Source: a virus (taxonomy: Duplodnaviria > Caudoviricetes). Taken from it: 60,247 nt of DNA. A program made the translations under genes and the position numbers. Within the stretch, counting starts at the first letter, position 1; each line of letters begins with the position of its first letter. Positions 10,226 through 18,820 of this stretch are shown in pieces. Location: positions 1 through 60,247 of IMG/VR virus record IMGVR_UViG_3300028392_000069, one strand, 5' to 3'. The notes beneath the pieces are model-generated. The model was not told where the DNA came from and searched no databases. It was given only the letters and a program-made list of their open reading frames with translations.

Positions 10226-10675
10226 TTAATATGTATTCGTATTAATAAGCGTCCAATTAGCGTTTTCAGCGTTATCAATATTACCCCATCCAACTGGGAT
10301 AATAGTACCAGTAGACCCTAATGCCCTTGCGCCTGTTAACGTTGGTAATATTCCTGCACTACCGGTAGCTGATATACCAACTAAATCTATTGAAACAGCT
10401 TGAAAAGTTGCAATCGTTCCTGTGCTACCTATAGCTAACCCACCTACAGATGCATAAATTGAAGTTAGCGTTCCTGTACTACCGGTAGCTGATCCGCCTG
10501 TAAGTGCATTAACTGAAGTTAGTGTTCCTGTACTACCGGTAGCTGATCCGCCTGTAAGTGCATTAACTGAAGTTAGTGTTCCTGTACTACCGGTAGCTGA
10601 TCTGCCTGTAAGTGCATTAACTGAAGTTAGTGTTCCTCTACTACCGGTAGCAAAACTGCCTATAAGTGTTGCCAT
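10226..10675 (-). CDS. Thr/Gly-rich tail-associated protein with 18-aa tandem repeats
   Basis: Repeats of ATGSTGTLTSVNALTGGS; C-terminal WGNID...NWT motif. Confidence 0.75.
   Translation of the reverse strand: MATLIGSFATGSRGTLTSVNALTGRSATGSTGTLTSVNALTGGSATGSTGTLTSVNALTGGSATGSTGTLTSIYASVGGLAIGSTGTIATFQAVSIDLVGISATGSAGILPTLTGARALGSTGTIIPVGWGNIDNAENANWTLINTNTY
10461..10649. repeat. 54-bp tandem repeat, about 3.5 copies
   Basis: Near-identical units start at 10461, 10515, 10569 and 10623. Confidence 0.92.
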
Positions 10676-10751
10676 ACTTTACTCCGTCAATACATCAACA
10701 GAAAAAGCAATATTTACCATGAATTACACGGCGTTTAGCCGTACCCCACTA

Positions 10752-11243
10752 TTAAGCTGTAGCCAGACGTACTAATGCAAGAGTTGATGAATTAGTAGGC
10801 ATAGTCAACGTTAATGTACCAGCCGTAATGGTCTGGGCGGTAAACGTATAAACACCAATAGCTTTATTACTCTGTGTGGAGTTATAAATCAATACGGTAT
10901 CAAACGTAGTAGCTAATGTCACAGTTGTGTACACAATACTTGCAGAGGGAGTCCAGTAGCCTACGCCTGCTGTAGAACTAGTGTTGGCAGAAGTTGGTGC
11001 AGTGGCGTTTGTTACCGTTACACCACCGGCTGTATAGTTTGTGCCCGATACTTCGTTTGTAGCCGAATATACGGTAGTTGCAGCATTAATGGTGGCTGTA
11101 GTTATGTATAAAGCGGCTTTTACCGTGTCCGTAGTAGGCGCGGTCAAGCTAGTACGTGAAACAATAGTCGAAGTACCAAGCTGGTGTTGACCCAGCATTA
11201 GTTCCCCGAGGAATGATGTGCATAGTGATTGAGTATTTGCCAT
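10752..11243 (-). CDS. Putative tail/baseplate-associated structural protein (paralog of 11441..11857)
   Basis: Shares KxALY, TTVYSATNEVSGTxYTAGG, LIYNxTQxNK and TxTMP motifs with 11441..11857. Confidence 0.8.
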   Translation of the reverse strand: MANTQSLCTSFLGELMLGQHQLGTSTIVSRTSLTAPTTDTVKAALYITTATINAATTVYSATNEVSGTNYTAGGVTVTNATAPTSANTSSTAGVGYWTPSASIVYTTVTLATTFDTVLIYNSTQSNKAIGVYTFTAQTITAGTLTLTMPTNSSTLALVRLATA

Positions 11244-11252
11244 GATATTTCC

Positions 11253-11444
11253 TTAAAAGAAAGCAGTTTCGCCACCTGCAACGGTAAGCATTTTTTTCAA
11301 CGTAATATGAACAGATCGGTGAACCAATTCGCCATCCAGCCAGTACTCTGTCCAAGCTGTTGACTCATTGTCATTGTCAGTTTCGCCTGAACGGTGTTCC
11401 AACAAGGAATCGTCCATATCGCCTTTGGTGGTAGTGACTATCAA
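11253..11444 (-). CDS. Small hypothetical protein (63 aa)
   Basis: Tiles between the two paralogous structural genes; EYWLDGELVHRS motif. Confidence 0.7.
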   Translation of the reverse strand: MIVTTTKGDMDDSLLEHRSGETDNDNESTAWTEYWLDGELVHRSVHITLKKMLTVAGGETAFF

Positions 11445-11857
11445 TTTGAACTCCTAATAAGTGCAGTGGTTGAAGTGTTAGCTGGCATGGTGATTGTAAA
11501 CGTGGTGGTCGATGTTTTGTCAGAGCCAAAGTCCAGAACCGCAATAGACTTGTTACCTTGCGTAACGTTGTAGATTAAAGCACACCGAGCGGTCAAAGCT
11601 GCTGTCCAAGACACATTGTCCCAGTTTGCGTAGGCCACGTAGCCCGATGAGCTAATGGCTACCCCAGTCATGGTAGCCCCGCCAGCCGTGTAGCCTGTAC
11701 CTGAGACTTCGTTGGTAGCGCTGTAGACTGTTGTAGTCTCATTCAAGTCAGCATTACCCGTGTACAACGCAATCTTAATTGTGTCCGTAGCCAAGTTGTG
11801 AACAGCCGTGTACAACTCCTTCTTGAAGCTGGTGGTTTGGGTCTGGACAATGCTCAT
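11441..11857 (-). CDS. Putative tail/baseplate-associated structural protein
   Basis: TSFKKEL...IKIALY...ALIYN...AVLDFG; paralog of 10752..11243. Confidence 0.8.
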   Translation of the reverse strand: MSIVQTQTTSFKKELYTAVHNLATDTIKIALYTGNADLNETTTVYSATNEVSGTGYTAGGATMTGVAISSSGYVAYANWDNVSWTAALTARCALIYNVTQGNKSIAVLDFGSDKTSTTTFTITMPANTSTTALIRSSN

Positions 11858-12705
11858 GGCACTTGAATCCTTATTTGCCCACTACGGTATGCGTCTTGAC
11901 GTTCCATACCATCACCCAGACGTTTAGCCAATGTAAGCGCTTGAACGTACTTCTGATTGTATAAAGCTACTATGTCCGCTTCACCTTTCATAAAGGTGTA
12001 CGCTTCTACCAAAGCCCCATACAACAACACAGAATCAAAGTTATCGCCCAACCAAGTTTGTCCACTAGCGACTGTGGTAATTGACTCAGGGTAATAGTAG
12101 TAGTGAAGTTCTGCGGAGTAGGCGGCATCTGGCGTGGGGCCAAGGATAAAACTTAATTCATTAGTTATCACAGAACTAGCAATCGTAGGCCCAAACAGCG
12201 CGTAGTACTTTGGCGTTCCTGTGCTTGTTGGGCCGGGGTAAGCCTCACGCATAAAATTTACATCTTTGTTCAGAAGATATATGTAATCACCGCCACCATA
12301 AGGGTAAATAGCCAAAGAGTAAGGCGCTAAGAAGTCGTCTGGAGCGGACAAGTACTTGTTGTTTGCAGTAATTGTTCCTGTCACGTTTTTGCGTATCGAC
12401 GGAAACTGTACCGAGTTGTAGATGCGCTGCTCTGCCTGTTGGATAAACCGGTTAATCTGAGTCGTAGATGTAGAAGTTAATACCGCTGTGCCAGTTCCAG
12501 AACCAACTCCGGTAGCAGTAAAAACTACACCAACCGCGCTAGATGAAGCGCCAATTGCTATAAAGTTGGTTGTACCAACTGAAGTAATTGTGTAAATTGA
12601 CCCAACAGTGAAACTTCCAGCCGTATACGAACTTGCAGTAGTAATCGTCGGAAAATAATTTTCCGTGTAAGTTTGTATTGCCGTTGAAAGCTCAGCGTAG
12701 TTCAT
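11854..12705 (-). CDS. Putative head-tail adaptor/tail tubular protein
   Basis: MNYAEL...FIQQAEQRI...GTPKYYA...LGPTPD...LLYGAL pattern typical of adaptor/tubular proteins; small beta insertion near the N-terminus. Confidence 0.7.
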   Translation of the reverse strand: MNYAELSTAIQTYTENYFPTITTASSYTAGSFTVGSIYTITSVGTTNFIAIGASSSAVGVVFTATGVGSGTGTAVLTSTSTTQINRFIQQAEQRIYNSVQFPSIRKNVTGTITANNKYLSAPDDFLAPYSLAIYPYGGGDYIYLLNKDVNFMREAYPGPTSTGTPKYYALFGPTIASSVITNELSFILGPTPDAAYSAELHYYYYPESITTVASGQTWLGDNFDSVLLYGALVEAYTFMKGEADIVALYNQKYVQALTLAKRLGDGMERQDAYRSGQIRIQVP

Positions 12706-12962
12706 GCCATCGGACCTCGTGCCATTACGCCTTTAGTGGCTGCGCCAGTACCACGAATTTTAATGCCGTCAGTTTTGGTTGGCTTATCGGGACCGTTGTT
12801 GTACATACCAACACTCATACGCATATCAGCCGTGCTGGATATCTCAGAATTCTTACCGGGGTTGCTAGAAATTTTCATGGCCTTACCATCCATCGTATGC
12901 GGTTTTGCATAGACGGCAGCGGAGCCAACTTCTTTACCACCTTTTTTCATACTGTAGGCCAT
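12702..12962 (-). CDS. Small basic protein with MKKGG motif
   Basis: 86 aa, Lys/Gly/Met-rich; ends RGTGAATKG...GPMA. Confidence 0.75.
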   Translation of the reverse strand: MAYSMKKGGKEVGSAAVYAKPHTMDGKAMKISSNPGKNSEISSTADMRMSVGMYNNGPDKPTKTDGIKIRGTGAATKGVMARGPMA

Positions 12963-12965
12963 GAT

Positions 12966-13166
12966 TTACCCCGTTTTCTGGTTAGCTGCGCGGGACAGAT
13001 TACGGCCCATACGCATACGGTCTTCACCGGTAGGGCCACCTTTTTTAAGCTTCAAAGTTGTACCCTTGCCGCCCTTATGCTCTTGAGCATCGTGCTGCTT
13101 AAATGCTTTTTTAATCATGGCCTTGTCTTGCGCCGTGTCATTTTTCATGTTTTCTTTAGCCATCAT
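12966..13166 (-). CDS. Small basic protein with LKKGG motif
   Basis: 66 aa, Lys-rich; RBS (GGAG) upstream. Confidence 0.75.
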   Translation of the reverse strand: MMAKENMKNDTAQDKAMIKKAFKQHDAQEHKGGKGTTLKLKKGGPTGEDRMRMGRNLSRAANQKTG

Positions 13167-13172
13167 GGACTC

Positions 13173-13556
13173 CTATGAAACCGTTACTGTACCAACACTT
13201 GTGGTTCCAACCAAGTAATTGGGTGTTAAACCTACGTCAAAAAAACTAGCTCCGCCTACCGGAGCCCAGCCCCACTGGATATCCCGCGAACCGCTAGCAG
13301 GAAACCCGTTTACATTGTTACCCGAAGTCACGTAAGTTGTATCTTTACGAGGGTTACGCAGTGCTTGCGGGTCATCTACTGGAAATGTACCCAGCATTAA
13401 TTGCGGCTGGTCGGGGTCCCAACATGTAGGACATACAAGTAATTCATATTTCCGTTGCTTGATTATCTCTGTTTTTAACTTCTTTAGCAGAAATTGTTGA
13501 CCACAACGATCACATTCCGCAATCGCCTTTTTACCAGAGGCAAATCTATTACCCAT
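13173..13556 (-). CDS. Cys4 zinc-binding hypothetical protein
   Basis: CDRC...CPTC followed by PDQPQ...DPQALRNPR. Confidence 0.8.
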   Translation of the reverse strand: MGNRFASGKKAIAECDRCGQQFLLKKLKTEIIKQRKYELLVCPTCWDPDQPQLMLGTFPVDDPQALRNPRKDTTYVTSGNNVNGFPASGSRDIQWGWAPVGGASFFDVGLTPNYLVGTTSVGTVTVS

Positions 13557-14476
13557 TACGATATAAACATTTGGCGGGGTACAAAGCGTATAGCCGCTTT
13601 TTCCCGGTCTTCATCTGCGGCTAACTGCCAAGCTTCATCGTACTGAGCTTTTAGGATTGGTAGGCGCTCCATGCCGCCCGGTATCTTTTGAGCTATGTAA
13701 TACGACAAGCCCGCAATCATGCAAGGCATAAATCTAAAAGGTACATCCATTGTGTTTACACCAGTGCCAGCATCATCAATACGGCGCATACGCCAGTAGA
13801 CAAATTGGTAGGTTGTAGAGTTATCCGGGGTAGGCCAAAGAGTTACCCGTGGGAGGTTCTGAATAGCCACCGCATCGCCTGATGTATGTGCAGCGGCAGT
13901 TGTATTGTTCTGCCCACGAGCAATGCTATATAGGGTATTCCCTGATATGTATCCGTAATAAATGGTTTCTGTGCCTATCAGCAAGTAACCAGTAGCGGGT
14001 AAGTTGGTAGCAGACGTTACAGAAATAGTAGTGTCTGTAGCTGTAATAGTGGCACTCAGCGTAGTAGCCGAAGCTGTAATCTGCCCATCAAGCCGCTGGA
14101 ACCACATTTGGATTGGGCGGGCTTGCTGAAGCTTGTTGGGGATCGTAGCGTAGGTGCTAACACTAATCCGCGTAATGGTTAAATCCGACTGAGTAGACGC
14201 CGTATTAGAGCCAGTACGAATCACATGTTCTAATAGGTCTACTGTATCTGTAGGAATAGGGTAAGTGTTTAACCCCGAAACCAAAGTAATAGTCCCTTGC
14301 TCAAACGTCCACATGTTTATGCCACGGTTTGCCCAATCAGCAAACATGATGTTTAAACTGCGTCTAGCAGTGCGCAGGTCATAGCCCGTGCGTAACTCAG
14401 AACCTGCACGTTCAAACGCTTCCTCCACAATTTCCGTGAGGTCAAGGTCAAAAGTAGCGGTTCCCGAAGTGCTCAT
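13556..14476 (-). CDS. Putative head-tail adaptor/neck protein with inserted beta domain
   Basis: EIVEEAFERAG...ARRSLN...WANRG...LWPTPD...YDEAWQLA; an inserted ARGQNNTTAAAH domain. Confidence 0.7.
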   Translation of the reverse strand: MSTSGTATFDLDLTEIVEEAFERAGSELRTGYDLRTARRSLNIMFADWANRGINMWTFEQGTITLVSGLNTYPIPTDTVDLLEHVIRTGSNTASTQSDLTITRISVSTYATIPNKLQQARPIQMWFQRLDGQITASATTLSATITATDTTISVTSATNLPATGYLLIGTETIYYGYISGNTLYSIARGQNNTTAAAHTSGDAVAIQNLPRVTLWPTPDNSTTYQFVYWRMRRIDDAGTGVNTMDVPFRFMPCMIAGLSYYIAQKIPGGMERLPILKAQYDEAWQLAADEDREKAAIRFVPRQMFIS

Positions 14477-14646
14477 TTAAGCCCTTTAAGGGTCTGTGCT
14501 AACCTAGCACGTTGCCCCATTTTACCCGGGGCTTTAGCTGCTGCGGCTAGTTTTTTTGCCGGGATAGGTTTATCACCTTTAACGCCAAGCTGGGCCTTTA
14601 AGGCACCGGGCTTTTTAATTGCCTTTTGAATCCATTTTTCAGCCAT
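14473..14646 (-). CDS. Small basic protein (57 aa; below ORF track cutoff)
   Basis: Read by eye: MAEKWIQKAIKKPGALKAQLGVKGDKPIPAKKLAAAAKAPGKMGQRARLAQTLKGLK; TAATG and ATGA overlaps with both neighbours. Confidence 0.85.
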   Translation of the reverse strand: MAEKWIQKAIKKPGALKAQLGVKGDKPIPAKKLAAAAKAPGKMGQRARLAQTLKGLK

Positions 14647-14879
14647 TATCTGTACCTCGCTGTTTTCTTTGCTATGGTTTTAGGCTGCACCACAAACTGT
14701 TTACCTGCTGCCTTACCCGCACGTTTTGCTTTGGTAGTCGCTGCATACTCAGCCGATGACAAAGATTTTATAGCAGCTTCAGGCAGGTATCGCTCACCTG
14801 TTTTGGACGACGGCTTCCCCGACTTGGTGCGCCATTTCTGGTCGCCCCAAGCTTTTAGGGATTGCTGCGGTGCTTTCAA
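14646..14879 (-). CDS. Small basic protein resembling the C-terminal half of DUF5872
   Basis: QQSLKAWGDQKWRTKSG...ERYLPEAAIKSLS motif; family recalled, not searched. Confidence 0.65.
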   Translation of the reverse strand: MKAPQQSLKAWGDQKWRTKSGKPSSKTGERYLPEAAIKSLSSAEYAATTKAKRAGKAAGKQFVVQPKTIAKKTARYR

Positions 14880-15151
14880 TCTCTGTACCCTCCGCCAGCA
14901 GCTTTGTACTTCTTAGCCACAAGTTGCGCTTTACGGGCTGACCACTGACCAGCACCTGTACCTTGTGTAGCCGCAGCTTTGACTTGAGACACAATGCGTT
15001 TACGCAGACTTGGCTTAGTATAGTTTCCCGCAGCATTTACCTTGCCGCCTTCAGCGTATTGCGTGAAGTCAGTATTGTCCCGACGTGCTTTTTTCTTAGC
15101 ACCGGGCATTTTGGAAGGATTGATATCACCCATGCCGCGTGAAGCTCTCAC
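14876..15151 (-). CDS. Small basic protein resembling the N-terminal half of DUF5872, with YAEGG motif
   Basis: NYTKPSLRKRI...GQWSARKAQLVAKKYKAAGGGY. Confidence 0.65.
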   Translation of the reverse strand: MRASRGMGDINPSKMPGAKKKARRDNTDFTQYAEGGKVNAAGNYTKPSLRKRIVSQVKAAATQGTGAGQWSARKAQLVAKKYKAAGGGYRD

Positions 15152-15432
15152 CGCATCATTCCTTTAGTTTTCCCACGTTGGGCACAGCCATCAGCGCGTG
15201 AGGAAGCAGAACCGCCCTTAGCCATCTTCTTTATCGGCTCATCTACAGGAACACTATCCTTATAGATCGGCATTTTTGGTTTTGGCTTAGGCATAGGTTT
15301 TGGCTTAAGCATAGGTTTTTTACCTTGAACTACTGTAGCCGCGGAAGTTCCCGTATCCGGTTCGTAATCTTCACCCTCAGTAATATCAGAAATATCACCG
15401 CCACTACCAAAACGTGTTTTTTTATGCGCCAT
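15148..15432 (-). CDS. Small GG-motif protein
   Basis: FGSGG, MAKGG, and C-terminal RADGCAQRGKTKG. Confidence 0.75.
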   Translation of the reverse strand: MAHKKTRFGSGGDISDITEGEDYEPDTGTSAATVVQGKKPMLKPKPMPKPKPKMPIYKDSVPVDEPIKKMAKGGSASSRADGCAQRGKTKGMMR

Positions 15433-15441
15433 GATTAATCC

Positions 15442-15840
15442 TTAGCAGGCCATGCCGCCCTTGTTCATTTTAATTTGTTTAGCTTTGGTTTTACCTTTGG
15501 AAACAATACCGTCGGCAGAACGAGTAAAACCGCCAGAAGCCATCTTTTTAACGCCGCCGCCTTTTTTCATTCCCATCATTTGTTTCTTGTCCAGCATCAT
15601 GTCAGCTTTAGAGCCTTCTTTCATGCCCTTTTTCTCGACATCCTTACCGGATTTCTCAAATTTTGCAAAGGGATTCACACCTTTTGTAGCCATATCACCA
15701 CCTCGTTTAAAAGTTTTGCCTTTATCGGCCTTGCTGAAATCTTGCCCCACAGATTGTGGGACTCCTGCTTTCTTGGCAAACGATGGCGAGTGAGCTATCG
15801 CTTCCATGAAATTGTGTTGCTTCTTGCTAGTTGAAGGCAT
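15442..15840 (-). CDS. Small basic GG-motif protein
   Basis: FKRGG, MKKGG, MASGG, MNKGG; SADGIVSKGKTK. Confidence 0.8.
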   Translation of the reverse strand: MPSTSKKQHNFMEAIAHSPSFAKKAGVPQSVGQDFSKADKGKTFKRGGDMATKGVNPFAKFEKSGKDVEKKGMKEGSKADMMLDKKQMMGMKKGGGVKKMASGGFTRSADGIVSKGKTKAKQIKMNKGGMAC

Positions 15841-16079
15841 TATTTATTCCACCAGTGCAGTACTTGCATAAGCCCTGCGCCAACAACTCCAGCGAAACCA
15901 CCAACTGCTAGAAGCATTTTCCAGCCACCTTTGGCTTCGGACAGAGTTTTATCAATGTCAGCAAGCATTTTCTTAATATCATTTATGTCCGCAGCCATCT
16001 TGTCCATATCTGATTGCAGGTGTGCAATGTCAGAAGCATGGGTAGCTAGTTCACGGGCAGTTTGTATTGCGTCTTCCAT
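15840..16079 (-). CDS. Small coiled-coil protein with C-terminal TM helix
   Basis: Heptad-like N-terminus followed by GGWKMLLAVGGFAGVVGAGL. Confidence 0.75.
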   Translation of the reverse strand: MEDAIQTARELATHASDIAHLQSDMDKMAADINDIKKMLADIDKTLSEAKGGWKMLLAVGGFAGVVGAGLMQVLHWWNK

Positions 16080-16080
16080 A

Positions 16081-16662
16081 TCAGCACATCCTACCTTTGG
16101 TTTTACCGCGTTGAGCTATGCCATCAGCCCGCTTAGAAGCGCTGGATACCTTACCACCAGAAGCCATTTTCTTTACTTTGCCACCTTTTTTCATGCCAAA
16201 GTCACCTTCTGAGTACTGGGGTTTAAACTTATCTGGGCCAGAATCAGAGTCATCTAAGTCAGCAACTTTTTCTTTTGCTCGTGGACTAAGTTCTACCTTA
16301 TCGCGCATGTTCACGACTTTATCTACAACGTCACCAAGGCCAGATTTGTCTACAATCTTTTTACCTATGCCGGTCTTTTCGTCTATTGCACGTCCCAATT
16401 CATATCCGGCCTCTAAAGCTAAACTACCAAGTCCAGCACGGCCTCCACTGCGTGTTGTACCCCTACCACCAGCTTCTTGTTGCATCCTGCGGTTGTACTC
16501 ACTTTGAGCAGTGGGGTTTAGCCCCCTACGTATACGTTCGGCATCGGCTCTTTGGGACGCAACTACATCTTCGTTCAGATTAGGGAGTAAATCCCTAGCA
16601 TTAGTTTGTCCGGGAGAGCGGTATGTATACCCTTCTTGCGCTGGTCTATTTAAGCGGCCCAT
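16081..16662 (-). CDS. GG-motif protein (193 aa)
   Basis: C-terminal MKKGGKVKKMASGG...RADGIAQRGKTKGRMC, similar to 15148..15432. Confidence 0.75.
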   Translation of the reverse strand: MGRLNRPAQEGYTYRSPGQTNARDLLPNLNEDVVASQRADAERIRRGLNPTAQSEYNRRMQQEAGGRGTTRSGGRAGLGSLALEAGYELGRAIDEKTGIGKKIVDKSGLGDVVDKVVNMRDKVELSPRAKEKVADLDDSDSGPDKFKPQYSEGDFGMKKGGKVKKMASGGKVSSASKRADGIAQRGKTKGRMC

Positions 16663-16671
16663 AATTTACTC

Positions 16672-16926
16672 CTAACACTTCCATCTTGCTAGTGAAGCAG
16701 CCTTACGAGTAGGCTTACCTTTTTCGTCTTTCATCGGCCCCGGCATACCAGACATCCGCGCACAAAATGAGTTTTTGCGTGCGCCACCTTGGGGTTGTGG
16801 AGCCTTGAGGTTACTGCCTGTTGCTGCATTGTATTTAGCACGGCCTTTGGCAGTCAGCCCAGCCCCTTTGGAAACAGGCAACTTCTCGCCACGACCTACT
16901 GCAAGGGATGGGGTCTTCTTAGCCAT
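16672..16926 (-). CDS. Small basic hypothetical protein
   Basis: GLTAKGRAKYN...RKNSFCARM...SLARWKC; tiles with neighbours. Confidence 0.75.
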   Translation of the reverse strand: MAKKTPSLAVGRGEKLPVSKGAGLTAKGRAKYNAATGSNLKAPQPQGGARKNSFCARMSGMPGPMKDEKGKPTRKAASLARWKC

Positions 16927-17662
16927 TTGCTACTTTAAGTTTAAGCCGGGCATGTTCTTTAAGGAGCGGTTGCAAGGCATCTTGTTCAAAGTTACGCGTG
17001 AATTCTTTTGAACCTATATGTGGCAAACTAATCATAGGGTCTAAGTAAATCTTAAACCCTTCCTCGCGAGCGCGACGGCAAAATGCATAGTCCTCGCCAA
17101 TGTACTGCCCATCAATCAACAGGAAGTCAAAGATAGCATATTCATCTTCTCCATCACCATCCCCGGCGTAACGCCACTCAGGATGTTTCTCCATCATGTA
17201 ATCAATCACATGGCGGCGGATAAGCATGAACCCAGTAGGCGCACTCTCCACCCGCATAAGTCCATTCTCATCAAATTCTAACTGGTGGTCTTCATCCAAA
17301 TAAAAGTCAAGGAAGAACTTGGCGTCATCTGCACGGCGCGGATAAGTACCGGCAACCACATCTTTGTCCGTGGACAGCGCCAGTAAGCGGGTTACGGCTT
17401 CTACGTTAATGACCACATCTGCATCTACAAACAACAGGTCAGTGCAGTCAGTTTCGGTGAAGTTGCGTACCAGCTTGTTACGAGCCTTGGAGATGATAGA
17501 GCAACCAGACAGGTGAACCAGATGAATCTGGACACCCATCTTATCCAACTTGGGGACGAGTTGGGCTATGGCAAATGCAGTTCTAATATTGACTTTGCCG
17601 TCATAACACGGGATAGCAAGCATAAGCTTGCGTCCCACCAAGTTGAAGCTCTTATCAGCCAT
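16919..17662 (-). CDS. GT-A fold glycosyltransferase-like protein
   Basis: LMLAIPCY, ARNKLV, LLFVDADV (DxD), TGFMLIRR, GEDYAFC and HIG motifs. Confidence 0.8.
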   Translation of the reverse strand: MADKSFNLVGRKLMLAIPCYDGKVNIRTAFAIAQLVPKLDKMGVQIHLVHLSGCSIISKARNKLVRNFTETDCTDLLFVDADVVINVEAVTRLLALSTDKDVVAGTYPRRADDAKFFLDFYLDEDHQLEFDENGLMRVESAPTGFMLIRRHVIDYMMEKHPEWRYAGDGDGEDEYAIFDFLLIDGQYIGEDYAFCRRAREEGFKIYLDPMISLPHIGSKEFTRNFEQDALQPLLKEHARLKLKVANG

Positions 17663-18167
17663 AGAAAATGTTTACCGCCAATAGGTTAGACATCTGCGCG
17701 TAGACGCCATTTACAGCTATAACGCCATCATCAGGGATAAATGGAGAGTTGTTAAAGCTATCACTTGCGCTTACATCGTAGCTCATCAGCCAACGATCCG
17801 AATACACCATTGCTGCGCCTGCCGTAATAGACCCGGTGTTGATATCAGTAATCGTAAACGTGCTGGAGGTCAATACCGTAACTGGATAGTTGCCGTTAGT
17901 AGCTGTGCCGCCTGTGCCCGCTGCAAAATCAATACCAATCACTTGCCCAGTTACTAGGCCATGTGCTGTTTGCGTAACGGTAACTGTATATGCAGACCGC
18001 GCATAAGTTCCGGTTGTTACTGGAGCCGTAGTGGTATCAAATAGCGCCACATAGCCCGCAGTAGCAGTCCCAACAAAGGAAATGCCTTTTACGCGGTTAC
18101 GCCCAAGTACCAGAAAACCACTGGCGTTTATGTGTGCCTGTTTTACAGGTGTCTGGTTCATAATCAA
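17655..18167 (-). CDS. Structural-module protein with inserted beta domain
   Basis: TVTVTQTAHGL...NGNYPVTV...TFTI insertion typical of virion decoration domains. Confidence 0.7.
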   Translation of the reverse strand: MIMNQTPVKQAHINASGFLVLGRNRVKGISFVGTATAGYVALFDTTTAPVTTGTYARSAYTVTVTQTAHGLVTGQVIGIDFAAGTGGTATNGNYPVTVLTSSTFTITDINTGSITAGAAMVYSDRWLMSYDVSASDSFNNSPFIPDDGVIAVNGVYAQMSNLLAVNIFYG

Positions 18168-18204
18168 TCTCCTATAAAGCAGGGGCCGAAGCCCCTAAGA
18201 TTAA

Positions 18205-18732
18205 TTAAGCAGACACGGGAGACTGAGTTCCGTCCGAGTTTGCAACGGCATACACGATAGTGTATTGAACAGTTCCTGCGGTTACATCAGCAACGGTAGG
18301 AGTTAATGCTGCTTGAATAATAACGTCAGTTGCGCCAACACCAATACCGTTAGGAGATGCAGTACTTGTTGCGCCAGCCCAATTAACCAATTTAGCAGCA
18401 GCATTAGTATTAGCCAAGCGGCCTTGGGCGGTGATGTCTGTAGAAGCCCAGAACAAATTTGTAGTGGCTGAAGTTCCAACTACCACATTGGCTGCGGTAG
18501 AGCCAGTAAAAGCCACTAAAGTGTCAATAAAAATACTGACAATCTGTGATCCTGCTGGGATGGTAAACAGCGTTGTAGTAGCAGTGGCTGCAGCTACAGT
18601 GCCGGTATAAACTACTTTTTTAGTCTGGGAGACTAGGGTAGTACCAGTGTTTTGAATGGTTCCAGCAGTAGTGCCGGTGGTGTTTTTTACCGTGCCAAGC
18701 AGCCAAGGGCCAAGGTGAGTTGCGAATCCCAT
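18205..18732 (-). CDS. Putative capsid-associated/decoration protein
   Basis: Thr/Ala-rich beta protein directly downstream of the MCP; IPAGSQIV motif. Confidence 0.65.
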   Translation of the reverse strand: MGFATHLGPWLLGTVKNTTGTTAGTIQNTGTTLVSQTKKVVYTGTVAAATATTTLFTIPAGSQIVSIFIDTLVAFTGSTAANVVVGTSATTNLFWASTDITAQGRLANTNAAAKLVNWAGATSTASPNGIGVGATDVIIQAALTPTVADVTAGTVQYTIVYAVANSDGTQSPVSA

Positions 18733-18734
18733 GA

Positions 18735-18812
18735 TAATTCCTTACATACAAGTTAGGTACATCAATCGGTATGTCGTCTGCCGGGACAGTTTGATGCACC
18801 GGAAAGCCCGGG
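18735..18812 (-). ncRNA. Structured RNA element downstream of the gpT-like capsid gene (probable Mu-gpT-DE-like motif)
   Basis: On the minus strand: 10-bp stem GGUGCAUCAA/UUGAUGUACC, inner hairpin CUGU-CCCG-GCAG, and loop ACAUAC complementary to GUAUGU next to the RBS (pseudoknot). Location matches the described Mu-gpT-DE motif; not searched. Confidence 0.55.
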
Positions 18813-18820
18813 TTGGATGC

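Noticed and set aside
7910-10675. Diversity-generating retroelement acting on the tail fibre
   Set aside because: No reverse transcriptase was recognised, and the repeats are in-frame duplications without adenine-specific differences.
18181-18196. UUCG hairpin after 18205..18732 as a terminator
   Set aside because: Good stem but no real U tract on the minus strand; more likely a stabilising or processing hairpin.
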